From: Bythopirellula sp.
GTDB taxonomy: Bacteria; Planctomycetota; Planctomycetia; Pirellulales; Lacipirellulaceae
Assembly (NCBI GenBank): GCA_965216565.1
Contig: OZ244170.1
Location: 544,001-608,000, forward strand
DNA: 64,000 bases
Reading direction: 5' to 3'
Part shown: positions 26,227 through 37,610 of the stretch, piece after piece
Position numbering within the stretch: the stretch's first letter is position 1
How the letters are laid out: every line of letters begins with the position of its first letter
Notes under the pieces: model-generated
The model's database searches: none
The model's input: only the letters and a program-made list of their open reading frames with translations
Told to the model about the DNA's origin: nothing
Translations under genes and position numbers: made by a program

Positions 26227-27948
26227 GTGCCCAAGCAAATGGTTTTTGAGGACGATGCCCGCAAACCGCTGGCCGCCGGAGTTGAAAAACTCGCCCGTGC
26301 GGTTAGAAGCACCCTAGGACCACGTGGTCGTAATGCGGTCTTAGACAAAGGCTGGGGATCGCCCAAGGTCACAAAAGATGGTGTCACAGTGGCTGAGGAC
26401 ATTGAATTAGACGATCCCTATGAAAACCTGGGTGCTCAGCTGGTAAAAGAAGCCGCCAGCAAAACGAATGATGTTGCCGGAGACGGCACAACGACCGCAA
26501 CCGTGTTGGCTGAGGGCATCTTTCGCGAAGGTCTGAAGATGATTGCCGCCGGTGCCGACCCTATGGCCCTGGGTCGGGGGATTTCAAAGGCGGCCGAAGC
26601 CATGACCACGGCGATTGGCAAGTTGGCCGAGCCTGTGGAAGTGAAGAATAAGAAGAGTCTCCAACAAATCGCCACGATTGCCGGCAACAACGATCCCACT
26701 ATCGGTAGCGTTCTGGCTGACGCCTTCGGCAAGGTTGGCAAAGATGGTGTCATCACCATCGAAGAGGGACGCGGCAACGAAACTACCGTTGAGGTAGTCG
26801 AAGGTATGCAATTCGACCGCGGCTATCTCTCTCCGCATTTCGTAAACAACGAAGACAGCCAGTCCGTGGAATTTGAGAGCTGCCTAGTCTTGGTTTATGA
26901 AGAAAAAATATCCAGTGCGAAGGCCTTGGTGCCATTACTGGAAGCAGTTTCGAAGAGCGGCAAGCCATTGCTAATTCTTGCTGAGGATATCGAGGGTGAG
27001 GCCCTCGCCACGCTCGTAGTTAACAAGCTACGCGGCATCGTCAACGTAGCCGCAGTGAAAGCTCCCGGCTATGGTGATCGTCGTAAGGCAATGCTAGGCG
27101 ATATTGCAACGCTTACCGGTGCCACTGCCGTCTTTAAAGATCTGGGCATCAAGCTCGATGCCATTCAGCTTTCCGATCTTGGCAAGTGCCGCAAGATTAC
27201 GATCACCAGCGATAACACCACAATGGTAGGTGGTGGCGGTAAGAAGGACGACATCCTCGGCCGTGCCGACCAAATTCGTCGCGAGATCGAATCTACGGAT
27301 AGCGACTACGATCGCGAGAAGCTACAAGAACGGCTCGCCAAGCTGGCAGGTGGCGTCGCACAGATCAATTGTGGAGCCGCCACTGAGACTGAGATGAAGG
27401 AGCGCAAGGCTCTACTCGACGATGCCCGTGCTGCTACTCACGCGGCTTTGGCCGAGGGCGTCGTTCCTGGTGGTGGTGTTGCATTGCTTCGCAGCGAAAA
27501 GGCACTCAACAAGTTGAAGCTTGAGGGTGACGAAGGTTTGGGCGTGGAGATTATCCGCAGGGTGCTTGACTATCCGTTGCGATACATTGCCCAGAATTCG
27601 GGCGTAGACGGAGCTGTCGTAGTGAACCGAGTTCGCCAATTGAAGGGTAAGAATGAAGGTTACAACGCAGATAAGGATACCTACTGCGATTTGATCGAAG
27701 CCGGAGTGATTGACCCCGCGAAGGTGGTTCGAACTTCACTCCAGAATGCAGCCAGCGTTGCAGCACTATTGCTGACAACCGATTCGCTAGTGACCGAAAT
27801 TCCTAAGGAGGAAGAAGAGGCTGGCGGAGACCATCATGACCACGGCATGGGCGGCATGGACCCGATGGGTGGCATGGGCGGTATGGGTGGCATGGGCGGT
27901 GGTATGCCTGGCATGGGTGGAATGGGCGGCATGCCTGGGATGATGTAA
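26227..27948 (+). CDS. groEL: Chaperonin GroEL (copy 1, His/GGM-rich tail)
   Basis: [34 protein letters not shown] + GTG. Confidence 0.98.
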   Translation: MPKQMVFEDDARKPLAAGVEKLARAVRSTLGPRGRNAVLDKGWGSPKVTKDGVTVAEDIELDDPYENLGAQLVKEAASKTNDVAGDGTTTATVLAEGIFREGLKMIAAGADPMALGRGISKAAEAMTTAIGKLAEPVEVKNKKSLQQIATIAGNNDPTIGSVLADAFGKVGKDGVITIEEGRGNETTVEVVEGMQFDRGYLSPHFVNNEDSQSVEFESCLVLVYEEKISSAKALVPLLEAVSKSGKPLLILAEDIEGEALATLVVNKLRGIVNVAAVKAPGYGDRRKAMLGDIATLTGATAVFKDLGIKLDAIQLSDLGKCRKITITSDNTTMVGGGGKKDDILGRADQIRREIESTDSDYDREKLQERLAKLAGGVAQINCGAATETEMKERKALLDDARAATHAALAEGVVPGGGVALLRSEKALNKLKLEGDEGLGVEIIRRVLDYPLRYIAQNSGVDGAVVVNRVRQLKGKNEGYNADKDTYCDLIEAGVIDPAKVVRTSLQNAASVAALLLTTDSLVTEIPKEEEEAGGDHHDHGMGGMDPMGGMGGMGGMGGGMPGMGGMGGMPGMM

Positions 27949-28038
27949 GAGGCTGTAGTCCCCCCCTTAACAAAACACAACTCCGCATTGCTTCGAGTTT
28001 AGCTGCGGATCCATAACAAATAGCAAAGGAATTTTATC

Positions 28039-28335
28039 ATGGCAAAAATCAATCTACGTCCCCTAGATGATCGTGTCGTTGTCGAACCCTCCGAAGCTGA
28101 GGAAGTTACCTCTGGCGGTATCGTGCTTCCTGATGCAGCCCAGGAAAAGCCACAGCGCGGCAAGGTCGTAGCCGTCGGCGCTGGCAAGCTACTCGATAGT
28201 GGCAATCGTGGTGAACTGTCCGTCGACATCGGTGACGTAGTGATCTACGGCAAGTACGGCGGGTCGGATGTTGAAGTCAACGGCAGCGAGTACAAGATTC
28301 TTCGCGAGAGCGATATCTTAGCCAAAGTTGTCTAA
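28039..28335 (+). CDS. groES: Co-chaperonin GroES
   Basis: [26 protein letters not shown]. Confidence 0.98.
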   Translation: MAKINLRPLDDRVVVEPSEAEEVTSGGIVLPDAAQEKPQRGKVVAVGAGKLLDSGNRGELSVDIGDVVIYGKYGGSDVEVNGSEYKILRESDILAKVV

Positions 28336-28399
28336 GACCGAATATCAAACAATCAATACTCGGGTGCATGCCCTTATTCCCAGACAAGGAAAATAAATC

Positions 28400-30019
28400 G
28401 TGGCAAAACAACTTATGTTCGACGATACCGCACGCAGTAAGCTGCTACGCGGCGTAGACAAACTGGCTGATGCGGTCGCAGTGACAATGGGCCCTACCGG
28501 GCGTAACGTTATCATCAACAAGTCGTTTGGTGGACCCACAGTTACCAAAGACGGCGTAACTGTAAGCAAGGAAGTCGAATTGGAAGATCCCTTCGAGAAC
28601 ATGGGCGCAAAGCTCGTTCACGAAGTTGCTGATAAGACTTCCACGCTCGCGGGCGATGGCACCACAACCGCTACTGTCCTGGCTCGGGCAATTCTGAAGG
28701 AAGGCACTCGTAATGTCGTTGCCGGTAGTAATCCGATGGCCGTGCAGCGTGGTATCCGCCGTGCCGTTGAGGCTGCTGTCGAGAAACTCGACGACATGTC
28801 GAAAAAGGTTTCCAGTAAGGAGCAAATCGCTCAAGTTGGTGCCATAAGTGCCAACAATGATCGTGTCATCGGCGATTTGCTGGCTGACGCTATGGAGAAA
28901 GTTGGTAAAGACGGTGTCATCACCGTGGAAGAAGGTCGCTCGACTGAGACCACTCTCGACATGGTCGAAGGCATGCAGTTCGACAAGGGTTTTCTCTCGC
29001 CCTATTTCATCAACCAAACCGCAGATATGGAATGCGTGTTGGAAGATGCCTACATGCTAATTCACGAAAAGAAGATTAGCAATTTACGCGAACTGCTTCC
29101 AATCTTGGAACTGGTAAGCCAAAAGGGCAAGCCATTGCTGATTATCGCTGAGGACGTCGAGGGTGAAGCTCTGGCGGCGTTGGTGGTAAACAAGCTTCGC
29201 GGCATCCTAAACGTATGTGCTGTCAAAGCCCCCGGTTTTGGCGATCGCCGTAAAGCGATGCTCGGTGACATTGCCACGCTTACAGGCGGAACGCTCATCA
29301 GCGAAGATCTAGGCCAGAAGCTTGAGAGCATTACGCTAGAAGAGTTGGGACGCGCTAAGAAGATTACGGTCAGCAAAGAAGCGACCACGATCGTACAAGG
29401 TGCGGGTGACACCAAGGACGTGCAGAAGCGAATTGGACAAATTCGCAAATCGATCGAGGGCACCACGAGCGACTACGATCGCGAAAAGCTGCAAGAGCGG
29501 CTCGCCAAGCTTACCGGCGGAGTGGCCATAGTTTCGGTAGGTGCCAGTAGCGAAGCCGACATGAAGCAAAAGAAGGCCCGCGTAGAAGATGCCCTGCACG
29601 CAACACGAGCAGCTGTTGAAGAAGGAATTCTTCCCGGTGGCGGCGTTGCACTGCTTCGTTGTAAAGAAGCTGTTGAGGGAGCTCGTAATGGTGCCAAGGG
29701 CGACGAGAAGATTGGCGTCGACATTATCGCCGGCGTGCTCGATGCCCCGCTCCGTCAGATTGCTGACAACTGCGGGCTAGATGGTAGCGTGGTTGCCGAT
29801 GAAGTTAGCCAAAAGGGACAAGCCACTGGCTACGACGCCAATAATGGCCAATATATCGACATGTTCAAGGCCGGTATTATCGATCCAACGAAGGTTGTGA
29901 AAACAGCCCTCACCAATGCATCAAGCATTGCCGGGTTGATGCTTACGACCGAGGCGCTCGTGACGAACTACGATGCCAAGGAACAAGACAAGCGAGCTGT
30001 TGTCGGCAGCATTCGCTAG
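28400..30019 (+). CDS. groEL: Chaperonin GroEL (copy 2, no GGM tail)
   Basis: [24 protein letters not shown]. Confidence 0.98.
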   Translation: MAKQLMFDDTARSKLLRGVDKLADAVAVTMGPTGRNVIINKSFGGPTVTKDGVTVSKEVELEDPFENMGAKLVHEVADKTSTLAGDGTTTATVLARAILKEGTRNVVAGSNPMAVQRGIRRAVEAAVEKLDDMSKKVSSKEQIAQVGAISANNDRVIGDLLADAMEKVGKDGVITVEEGRSTETTLDMVEGMQFDKGFLSPYFINQTADMECVLEDAYMLIHEKKISNLRELLPILELVSQKGKPLLIIAEDVEGEALAALVVNKLRGILNVCAVKAPGFGDRRKAMLGDIATLTGGTLISEDLGQKLESITLEELGRAKKITVSKEATTIVQGAGDTKDVQKRIGQIRKSIEGTTSDYDREKLQERLAKLTGGVAIVSVGASSEADMKQKKARVEDALHATRAAVEEGILPGGGVALLRCKEAVEGARNGAKGDEKIGVDIIAGVLDAPLRQIADNCGLDGSVVADEVSQKGQATGYDANNGQYIDMFKAGIIDPTKVVKTALTNASSIAGLMLTTEALVTNYDAKEQDKRAVVGSIR

Positions 30020-30134
30020 TAGCCATTCAGATCGGCATTTTTCACAGCGGGCCACTCGGCTATCCTAAGCCAGTGGCCCGGCTGTGTGTTCAGAGATCCC
30101 CGTTTTTGCAGTGACTCGCTCCAACTGATCCGTC

Positions 30135-31265
30135 ATGCCTACCAAACGCGATTATTATGAAATTCTGAGCGTCACGCGTGAAGCGTCTGAAGGGGAGATT
30201 TCGACGAGCTATCGAAAGCTGGCCGTTAAATATCATCCAGATAAGAACCCCGGTGACCAAGAGGCACTGGATTGTTTCAAAGAGGCTTCCGAAGCTTTTG
30301 AAGTCTTGCATGATCCCGAAAAGCGAGCACTCTACGACCGCTACGGCCATGCTGGAGTTAGCAATGGTGCCGGGGGAGGAGCCCAGTTCTCCGATGTAGA
30401 AGATATTTTCAGTGCCTTTGGAGATATCTTTGGCGACATTTTTGGTGGCGGTGGCGGCGGACGAGGCCGGCGTCGAGTGCGCAAGGGCCGCGATGTCCGT
30501 TGTGATGTTGAGTTGACCTTGGAAGAAGCAGCCGCTGGCGTTCGCAAAACAGTCCAGTTCCAGCGCCATGAGAAATGCGAGACCTGCGATGGGTCGGGCG
30601 CCGCCGAGGGGGCGACGCGTGAAACTTGTTCCTACTGCGGTGGACGTGGTCAGGTTGTGCAAGCGGCGGGCATCGTTCGTGTACAAACCGCGTGTCCTGC
30701 TTGCCATGGCGAGGGTTCCTCTGTGAGCTCTCCGTGCAAGGATTGTCGTGGCACGGGTCACGAGAAGAAAAAAGTAGAAGTCGAAGTCGAGATCCCCGCG
30801 GGTGTTGACGACGGGATGCAAGTCCGTATCACCGGGCAAGGAGAGCCCAGTCCTCAGGGCGGGCCCCCTGGCGATTGTTACTGTTTTGTCTCAGTTAAGA
30901 GTCACAACTTATTTGAGCGCGACGGTCAGCATTTGATCTGTCGAGTTCCCATCACCTACTCGCAGGCGGCTCTGGGTTGCGAGTTGGAAGTGCCGACCCT
31001 CAATGGTCGGGCCGATGTGACCGTGCCCCCAGGAACCCAGTCTGGCAAGGTGTTTCGCCTTCGTGGTCAAGGACTGGAAGACCCACGGATGGTGGGGGTT
31101 GGAGATATGCTGGTGCAGGTAAATATCGAAGTACCTAAGAAGCTTGATGAAGAAGAAGAGAAACTCTTGCGGCAACTTGCCGAGGTGGAGCACAAGAACG
31201 TCGCTCCCGAGAGAAAAGGCTTCTTTGAGTCAGTCAAAGAGTATTTTTCTGAGCTTGTTGAATAG
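30135..31265 (+). CDS. dnaJ: Chaperone DnaJ
   Basis: J domain HPD, four CxxCxGxG. Confidence 0.98.
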   Translation: MPTKRDYYEILSVTREASEGEISTSYRKLAVKYHPDKNPGDQEALDCFKEASEAFEVLHDPEKRALYDRYGHAGVSNGAGGGAQFSDVEDIFSAFGDIFGDIFGGGGGGRGRRRVRKGRDVRCDVELTLEEAAAGVRKTVQFQRHEKCETCDGSGAAEGATRETCSYCGGRGQVVQAAGIVRVQTACPACHGEGSSVSSPCKDCRGTGHEKKKVEVEVEIPAGVDDGMQVRITGQGEPSPQGGPPGDCYCFVSVKSHNLFERDGQHLICRVPITYSQAALGCELEVPTLNGRADVTVPPGTQSGKVFRLRGQGLEDPRMVGVGDMLVQVNIEVPKKLDEEEEKLLRQLAEVEHKNVAPERKGFFESVKEYFSELVE

Positions 31266-31313
31266 AATCAGACAACATTCAAAGAGTCGTTGCCCTAAGG
31301 GAGCCAATTAGAG

Positions 31314-31880
31314 ATGGCAAAACAGACCCCCGAAGATGAAGCATTGGAGCAGGCCAGCACTGAGGAAGGTGCGTCGATTGCTGGGCAGATTGATGCTGCG
31401 TGTGCGGAAGACGAGGCTTCAGGCCTGCAGAACGAGTTGGCGGCAGAGAAGGATCGCTATCTTCGCTTGCAAGCCGAGATGCAAAACCTACGAACTCGCA
31501 CGTCCAGAGAAATTGCAGACGAACGTCGCTACGGAGCGATGCCTGTACTGAGAGAGATTCTCCCGGTTGTTGACAATATCGACCGGGCTATTGAAGCGGC
31601 TGAGCAGCAGAACGATAGCGCTAGCTTACTGGAAGGCTTTAAGCTCGTGCGGCAGCAGCTGGTCGCGGCCCTGGAAAAACACAATTGCCTGCCGATCGAT
31701 GCCTTGGGCCAGCCCTTCGACCCTCAAATTCATGAAGCCATCCTCAAGCAACCCTCGGACGAATATCCTGCTGACCATGTTACGATGGTGACCCAACAAG
31801 GGTACCAGTTGCACGAGCGTGTAGTGCGCCCGGCACAAGTGATCGTTTCTGCCGGCAGCGAGGGAGCCGACGCCAGTTAA
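31314..31880 (+). CDS. grpE: Nucleotide exchange factor GrpE
   Basis: LRLQAEMQNLR, FDPQIHEA, GYQLHERVVRPAQV. Confidence 0.97.
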   Translation: MAKQTPEDEALEQASTEEGASIAGQIDAACAEDEASGLQNELAAEKDRYLRLQAEMQNLRTRTSREIADERRYGAMPVLREILPVVDNIDRAIEAAEQQNDSASLLEGFKLVRQQLVAALEKHNCLPIDALGQPFDPQIHEAILKQPSDEYPADHVTMVTQQGYQLHERVVRPAQVIVSAGSEGADAS

Positions 31881-31896
31881 CTTTCGGAACTGAACA

Positions 31897-32181
31897 ATGC
31901 CAACATACGATTACGAATGCGATAACTGCGGGCACGAGTTTGAGCTGTTTCAGACGATTTCCGAAGCAGTGAAACGTAAATGCCCTGAGTGCGGAAAGCA
32001 AAAGCTACGACGTCTGTTTGGTACAGGAGCAGCCGTTGTCTTCAAAGGGTCGGGCTTCTACCAGACCGACTATCGCAGCGAGTCGTACAATAAAGGTGCC
32101 GAAAAAGATAAGAAAAAGACGGCAAAGAAGTCGACGGAAAAATCAGAGAAGAAATCGACACCCAAGAAAGACTCGGACTAG
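31897..32181 (+). CDS. FmdB-family zinc ribbon protein
   Basis: MPTYDYECDNCGHEFE...CPECG...FKGSGFYQTDY. Confidence 0.92.
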   Translation: MPTYDYECDNCGHEFELFQTISEAVKRKCPECGKQKLRRLFGTGAAVVFKGSGFYQTDYRSESYNKGAEKDKKKTAKKSTEKSEKKSTPKKDSD

Positions 32182-32238
32182 CCCTGTTGATGGTTTAGCC
32201 AGAGACAATGATTTTCTAGTACACAGTTGCAGCACGCT

Positions 32239-32451
32239 ATGGAATGCCCAATCTGTAAAGGCGATTTTGAACCTGAGATCTCGGTGGCGATGCCATTTTG
32301 CAGCGAGCGTTGTCGCTCAATTGATCTTGGACGCTGGTTAGGAGAGGAGTATAGCCTACCGCATGTGCCCGATCCGGAAGACGACGAAACTCCAGATGAG
32401 GACTTTGCTTCAGGAATTGGCAGTGAATTCCCAGCCGAGCCTGGCGAATAA
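32239..32451 (+). CDS. yacG: DNA gyrase inhibitor YacG
   Basis: CPIC...PFCSERCRSIDLGRWLGEEY. Confidence 0.92.
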   Translation: MECPICKGDFEPEISVAMPFCSERCRSIDLGRWLGEEYSLPHVPDPEDDETPDEDFASGIGSEFPAEPGE

Positions 32452-32561
32452 TCAGCCGTGGGAATCAGCTAGGCTTCGCACTACGAGCCCTCTATAATGC
32501 CGCTCGGTAAACTCGTCGTGAGCCCTCTTGAAGATAACCAGCCGTCCCGCTTGCAAAGATT

Positions 32562-33854
32562 ATGTCCCGAACATCAAGCTCTCCAGCTGGCGCATTGTAC
32601 GAAATCCGCTACAGCGAAATCTGTCCCTGGCTAATCCTAGTCCGATCGCTCCGCGTTTCGTTACTCTTGCGAGTCCTAATGCTGGCCTTGCTGGGAGTAT
32701 TTCTTACTCAATTAGGTTGGGTTTTGCTGGACCAAGTTTTTCCAGCGAGCGCCGCAGGTCTCGAGCCCATCACGAATCCGTCTGCAAGGGAAGTGTCCGG
32801 GGGACCATTGTTGGTCTCTCCCGACGCGCCAGCGGGAATTGCTGAACTGCCTAAGCTTAGAGTTCGCGAAGCCATTCCGAAACGGCTGGCATTTGGTCCC
32901 TTAGTTCGAGCTTGGGGATGGTTGACCAGTCCTTTTGTGCAGTCAACCTCTCAAGGGATTACCTGGGGAGAGTGTCTTGTACTGGTACTCAGTGGCTTGT
33001 GGGCAATCGCAGTCTGGGCAGTTTTTGGTGGAGCTATTTCGCGGATTGCGGCGCTCTATCTTACTCGCGGAGAAATGTTGGGGCCGGTGAAAGCCCTAGG
33101 GGCCGCAATTTCGAAGTGGCCTGGGACCGCCGGAGGACCAGTGATTTCACTCATCGTCGCGGCAGTGCTGGCTTTGCCTTTGGTGCTCACCGGTTTGTTG
33201 TTGCGGCTCGATTTGCTGGCACTGGTTGTAGGATTGCTGTGGTTTGTTGCACTCTGTTGGGGACTAATGCTTGCCGTCGTACTGCTTGGTCTTCTCCTCG
33301 GCTGGCCGTTGATGTGGGCCACCATTGGCGTCGAAAGAAGTGATGCATTCGATTCCGTCAGCCGTTGCTACGCCTATATCTACCAACGTCCCCTGCACTT
33401 GGTCTTCTATTTGGTTGTTGCTTCTCTGCTCGGTTTGCTGGGCGAATTGGCGGTGGAGTACTTCGTGGTTGCAGGGTCGACGCTCACAGATTGGACGACA
33501 AGCTGGGGGGCCGGAAACGAACGGCTAGCCCAACTCTCACTTGGCGAAGCAACGGACGGACCCCCTCTTAGTGGTACTGCCAGTACGGCTGCTATGTCGA
33601 TCCGCTTTTGGAAAGGAATGTTGCTTGCGATCGCTGCCTCCTATCCCTTGGCTTATCTTTGGAGCGCCACGGTTGGGATTTATCTCTTGCTGCGTCGGCA
33701 CGTCGACTCTACGGAAATGGACGAAGTCTGCCTAAGTGAACCTGAACCAGCGGTGGGACTGCCGCCACTCACGGCCCAAGATGGCGGAGTAGCTCAGGTA
33801 GATTCAACAGTAGAAGGCGACGCAGTAAATGAGACGCAGAGCGACGAGAACTAA
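32562..33854 (+). CDS. Polytopic membrane protein, hypothetical
   Basis: Multiple TM segments; DAFDSVSRCYAYIYQRP. Confidence 0.75.
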   Translation: MSRTSSSPAGALYEIRYSEICPWLILVRSLRVSLLLRVLMLALLGVFLTQLGWVLLDQVFPASAAGLEPITNPSAREVSGGPLLVSPDAPAGIAELPKLRVREAIPKRLAFGPLVRAWGWLTSPFVQSTSQGITWGECLVLVLSGLWAIAVWAVFGGAISRIAALYLTRGEMLGPVKALGAAISKWPGTAGGPVISLIVAAVLALPLVLTGLLLRLDLLALVVGLLWFVALCWGLMLAVVLLGLLLGWPLMWATIGVERSDAFDSVSRCYAYIYQRPLHLVFYLVVASLLGLLGELAVEYFVVAGSTLTDWTTSWGAGNERLAQLSLGEATDGPPLSGTASTAAMSIRFWKGMLLAIAASYPLAYLWSATVGIYLLLRRHVDSTEMDEVCLSEPEPAVGLPPLTAQDGGVAQVDSTVEGDAVNETQSDEN

Positions 33855-33871
33855 GCCTAGGCTCTCCTAGC

Positions 33872-34228
33872 CTAGTCTCCCAGGAGCTGCGATATCAGGG
33901 CGGCCCCCTCGCGGTCCAATTGCCCACGGCTTACCACTAGATCGCATCCCGCGGCTTCTGCAGCTGCCAACAGCTTGGTGTGTACGTGTGGCCCACTAGC
34001 GACGATGCGAACGGCATCGTGTGCCTGGATGAGTTGTGCCCGCAAATCGTCAATGGCCAAGCTGGGCAACTTCAAGTCGACGATGGCTACTAATGTATCT
34101 TCGTTGCACTTTGCAGCCGCTGACGAGGGACTACTGGCTTGCGTGGCTTCCAGGTCGAGCGCACTTGCTATTCCCTGCAAACGAGAAACTAGCATTAAAT
34201 CAGCGCTAATGATCAAGAGTTGCGGCAA
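33872..34228 (-). CDS. Atypical single-domain receiver-like protein
   Basis: DLMLVSR, IVDL, GPHVH...AAGCDLVVSR. Confidence 0.7.
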   Translation of the reverse strand: MPQLLIISADLMLVSRLQGIASALDLEATQASSPSSAAAKCNEDTLVAIVDLKLPSLAIDDLRAQLIQAHDAVRIVASGPHVHTKLLAAAEAAGCDLVVSRGQLDREGAALISQLLGD

Positions 34229-34247
34229 AGGATTGTCCTTGTTGAAA

Positions 34248-34595
34248 TCAAACGGCGCCCGGTCCGCGCTGCCCGTCGCTTAGCTGGACCGTCTCCATGA
34301 CCGGCAGCACAAAGATTTTTCCATCGCCGATCGTGCCTTCATTGCCGGTGCGACTTGCTTTTTGAAGGCAATCGATTGTTCGTTCTAAAAAGTCCTCGTT
34401 CACAGCAATTTCAAGTTGCACTTTTCTGAGCAGATTCGTTTCGTATTCCGACCCGCGAAATGTTTCCTGCTGACCTCGCTGGCGTGCGAAACCGGTGGCA
34501 TCGCAGATACTCAACCGCGACACGCCGATTTGCTGCAGCGCCTGCCGAACCGATTCTAGTTTGGCGGGTTGTATTGTAGCGAGGATGAGTTTCAT
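34248..34595 (-). CDS. glnB: P-II nitrogen regulatory protein
   Basis: GFARQRG, RGSEY, TGNEGTIGDGKIFV. Confidence 0.93.
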   Translation of the reverse strand: MKLILATIQPAKLESVRQALQQIGVSRLSICDATGFARQRGQQETFRGSEYETNLLRKVQLEIAVNEDFLERTIDCLQKASRTGNEGTIGDGKIFVLPVMETVQLSDGQRGPGAV

Positions 34596-34738
34596 GAGTA
34601 TGCCCGAACGCGTCTAACGATGTCACTCGATTCAGGATAACTCTTTCGTAGCTAAATTGAAAATAGCTAATCAGCAGGCACCGCCCTGGCTATAGAACTA
34701 CGTTCGGCCGAGGCCTAACACAAGAGCTCGAGAGGAGC

Positions 34739-37429
34739 CTAGAGCGTAGTTTTTAACTGTTGCTCCACCCGTCTAACGATTTCGGCAAGATGCGCCCGGC
34801 TGTATGTGTCGAGGTGAGCACCGCTGTAGAGAAATTCGCTGCTCCGCTCCGATATATGCTTGAGCTGTAGCACTGCGATCGCTCGGCAGTCAGAAGGTAC
34901 CTCAACATCAGGGAGCAGTAAGGCTTCTAGGCGTTTAATCAATGCCATTTGAAGATTCCGCCGTAGGCTACTGATGGCCGGTTGGCGATTGGAGTATGCG
35001 GTGGTATCGCTTGATTGCAATTCAGCAAAGATGTCGTCTACCAACGTCTGCATCAATTCGGCCACCGTATAGGCATCTGCCTCGGCAGGAACCAATAGCT
35101 CCGAGTCGTGGAGCCTGGTGAGCGTCAATGGCGAGAGTAGTTTCTCAAGAATCCGATCTTGCCAATTGAGAACCGACTGATGGACGGGAAAGTCTGTTCG
35201 TTCGGCTATCTCATTCCCCCAATGGTTCCAATGCGTGGCCGCGAAATGATTGCAAAGTTGCAATGGCTTCTCATAGGGCTGATCGCTGAACATGTGACGA
35301 GAGAGCAGAGCCAAAGCGCGGCGCTGGACTTTGGCATCAACCACTTTGAACGGAGCTTCCGCTCCTGGATCGCCACGGTGAGAGTGTGTGGTGTGGATAC
35401 CGCCGATATACTTGGAGGCATTAAACATGGCACGCCCATGGGTGGCCATCATTACGCCGAATGCTTGACGGGCATGTTGATATCCATCGCCCTCAGAAGT
35501 GACGCGCTCGGTCAAACCATCCCAACTGTCGGCTACCAGCGCTGCTTGGTTCTCTGCAAAAGCGATCATATCGTCGCCAAAGTCATAGACCCCACTGTGC
35601 GGATCGGCATCGATACCACGGGTTTCTTCGTCCGTGGCATAGGCATGTCCGGGCTCGGCGCTTCTGGATGCAATGGCTTGGAGATAGGGACGCTCGCTAT
35701 AAGTACTTGAGGCATCAAACTGACGATACCCATATTCGATGGCCCAGTAGTCATAGGGTCCGATCGTGGGGGAGTAGTAACTATTCTGCTCGGGATTGTC
35801 TTTGACAAATAGCGCTGGCAGGTAATCCATTACGGAGCCTGCCAAGGGTAACGCCTGTTCGCTTGTGGAACGTGCGTGAGCATCTTTCAGCGAATAGAGG
35901 GTGCTGCCCTTGAAATTATGGCGAAGACCTAGGGTATGGCCCACTTCGTGCATGACAGTTTTCTTGATACCTTGAATAGTTAGTCGCTCAATCTCACGTT
36001 TCGATCGAGAACTGTGCGCGAGCACGGTGGAACTCATTGCTAGCTGGTGGGAAAAGCTGTGCTGACACCGGCACAAGGGACTATGCGAACGCGAACCACC
36101 ACGGGCAGATAGTTCGTGCTGGCGCCGCGAACTTGCCAAATCGACTGAGCCCCCGGTCATCAACGATACCCCTTCTGGCGAGAGGTATTCATACTTGCGT
36201 TTCCAGGTTTGCAAATAATCGGCATCGAAGACGATGTCGGCATCCAGGATCTGACCGGTCCGAGGGTTCACCCTGGTCGGTCCCATCGCGACAGAGAGCC
36301 CCGAGGTAATCCACCGAAATGTGTTGTAACGAATATCACCCGGATGCCAAGAAGCATCATCGGCCTGCTGACGGACAACGATCGCGTTGCGAATGCCGAT
36401 GCGTTCAAACGCCTTGTTCCACTCCAAGATGCCGGCGCGAATCGTTTCTCGGTATTTGTGTGGAACCGTCTTCTCGAGCCAGAATACAATCGGTTCTTTC
36501 GGCTCGGAAAGTTCCTGACGGGGATTCTTCTTCTCCAAGTGCCAGCGATTGATGTACCGCTCGAATCGATCTTCCTGGGAGGGGCTGGAGAAGTTTTTGG
36601 AAACCGATAGAAAATACCCAATTCGATCGTCTGCTAGACGAGGTTGGTAGTTGGACTGCGAGAGTCGGCTGATTGAGTAGTGCACGCGAATGGTCAGCGA
36701 CCGCGAGTCTGGTACTGCTTCCAAATCCGTGGTTCCGTCCGACGTATACGTGGCATCGACTTGTAGCTCAATATTCTTGGCAAAGCCCTGGACATTCGCC
36801 CACGAAGATTTCTCCGCACAAAACTCAAATCCCGGCAGCATTTTCTGGATGTTGGGTAGGTCGCTCAGATAGGCGTTTGAGAGGTCTACCAACAACGAAC
36901 CGTCACTCTTCTCGGCAACAATCGGCAGGGCAGTTAAAATACTATCGGAGTATGCCTCCTCAACAGCCATGGCCGCGGGACTGCCGGGGTCGGCCCGGTA
37001 ACGGACATTGCGACGGACAAAGTGAACTTTGTCACCGACTCGCCGGAACTGACAAACCCAATCGTTACCAAATTCCCAGGTGGCACCCGAGAACAAGGGA
37101 CGCTGGGCGATTCCGCGGGCAATACTAATTAGGACAAGGAGGTCCTGGTCGAGGTCGTGTGGGCTGAGGATAGCGTAAAGATGGCTATCTTTGCGGTACA
37201 ATGCGATGAATCCATCGTGCCGAGTGGAACCGGCAAGAATTGTGGCGAAATTGTGCGGGGTGATGCTTTGTTTGCCGGACTTGGACGAGCCAACAACTAC
37301 GGAAGTAAACGATCGGACAGAATTTCCGTTGGCGGCTTCCGCCGATGGGCACTGTGGAAAACCGGAGGGGAGTAAGATTCCGAATACCAGTAGGCGGAAT
37401 AGGCTTTGTCGGTTTCTTCCAAAGTGCAT
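34739..37429 (-). CDS. Secreted zinc-dependent metalloprotease (DUF5117/DUF4953, EcxA-like)
   Basis: PRLADDRIGYF, HEVGHTLGLRHNF, SVMDY Met-turn. Confidence 0.88.
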   Translation of the reverse strand: MHFGRNRQSLFRLLVFGILLPSGFPQCPSAEAANGNSVRSFTSVVVGSSKSGKQSITPHNFATILAGSTRHDGFIALYRKDSHLYAILSPHDLDQDLLVLISIARGIAQRPLFSGATWEFGNDWVCQFRRVGDKVHFVRRNVRYRADPGSPAAMAVEEAYSDSILTALPIVAEKSDGSLLVDLSNAYLSDLPNIQKMLPGFEFCAEKSSWANVQGFAKNIELQVDATYTSDGTTDLEAVPDSRSLTIRVHYSISRLSQSNYQPRLADDRIGYFLSVSKNFSSPSQEDRFERYINRWHLEKKNPRQELSEPKEPIVFWLEKTVPHKYRETIRAGILEWNKAFERIGIRNAIVVRQQADDASWHPGDIRYNTFRWITSGLSVAMGPTRVNPRTGQILDADIVFDADYLQTWKRKYEYLSPEGVSLMTGGSVDLASSRRQHELSARGGSRSHSPLCRCQHSFSHQLAMSSTVLAHSSRSKREIERLTIQGIKKTVMHEVGHTLGLRHNFKGSTLYSLKDAHARSTSEQALPLAGSVMDYLPALFVKDNPEQNSYYSPTIGPYDYWAIEYGYRQFDASSTYSERPYLQAIASRSAEPGHAYATDEETRGIDADPHSGVYDFGDDMIAFAENQAALVADSWDGLTERVTSEGDGYQHARQAFGVMMATHGRAMFNASKYIGGIHTTHSHRGDPGAEAPFKVVDAKVQRRALALLSRHMFSDQPYEKPLQLCNHFAATHWNHWGNEIAERTDFPVHQSVLNWQDRILEKLLSPLTLTRLHDSELLVPAEADAYTVAELMQTLVDDIFAELQSSDTTAYSNRQPAISSLRRNLQMALIKRLEALLLPDVEVPSDCRAIAVLQLKHISERSSEFLYSGAHLDTYSRAHLAEIVRRVEQQLKTTL

Positions 37430-37610
37430 TGCTGCTTCCTAGGTTGAACCGCCGTGGCTATACGGGATGTCGCATGCCGGTGGTTAGAATTGCACCGATT
37501 GTGCTGCCCCTCTAAAACGAAGAGCAGCAATCGTGGCTTACTTCGAGGTACTAACTATTATTTCGACCCATTTGAGTCGGCGTTGTAACTGAGGTCCGGT
37601 AAAAGCAATT

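Noticed and set aside
30043..30086. Long hairpin between groEL2 and dnaJ
   Set aside because: Ordinary intercistronic stabiliser/terminator.
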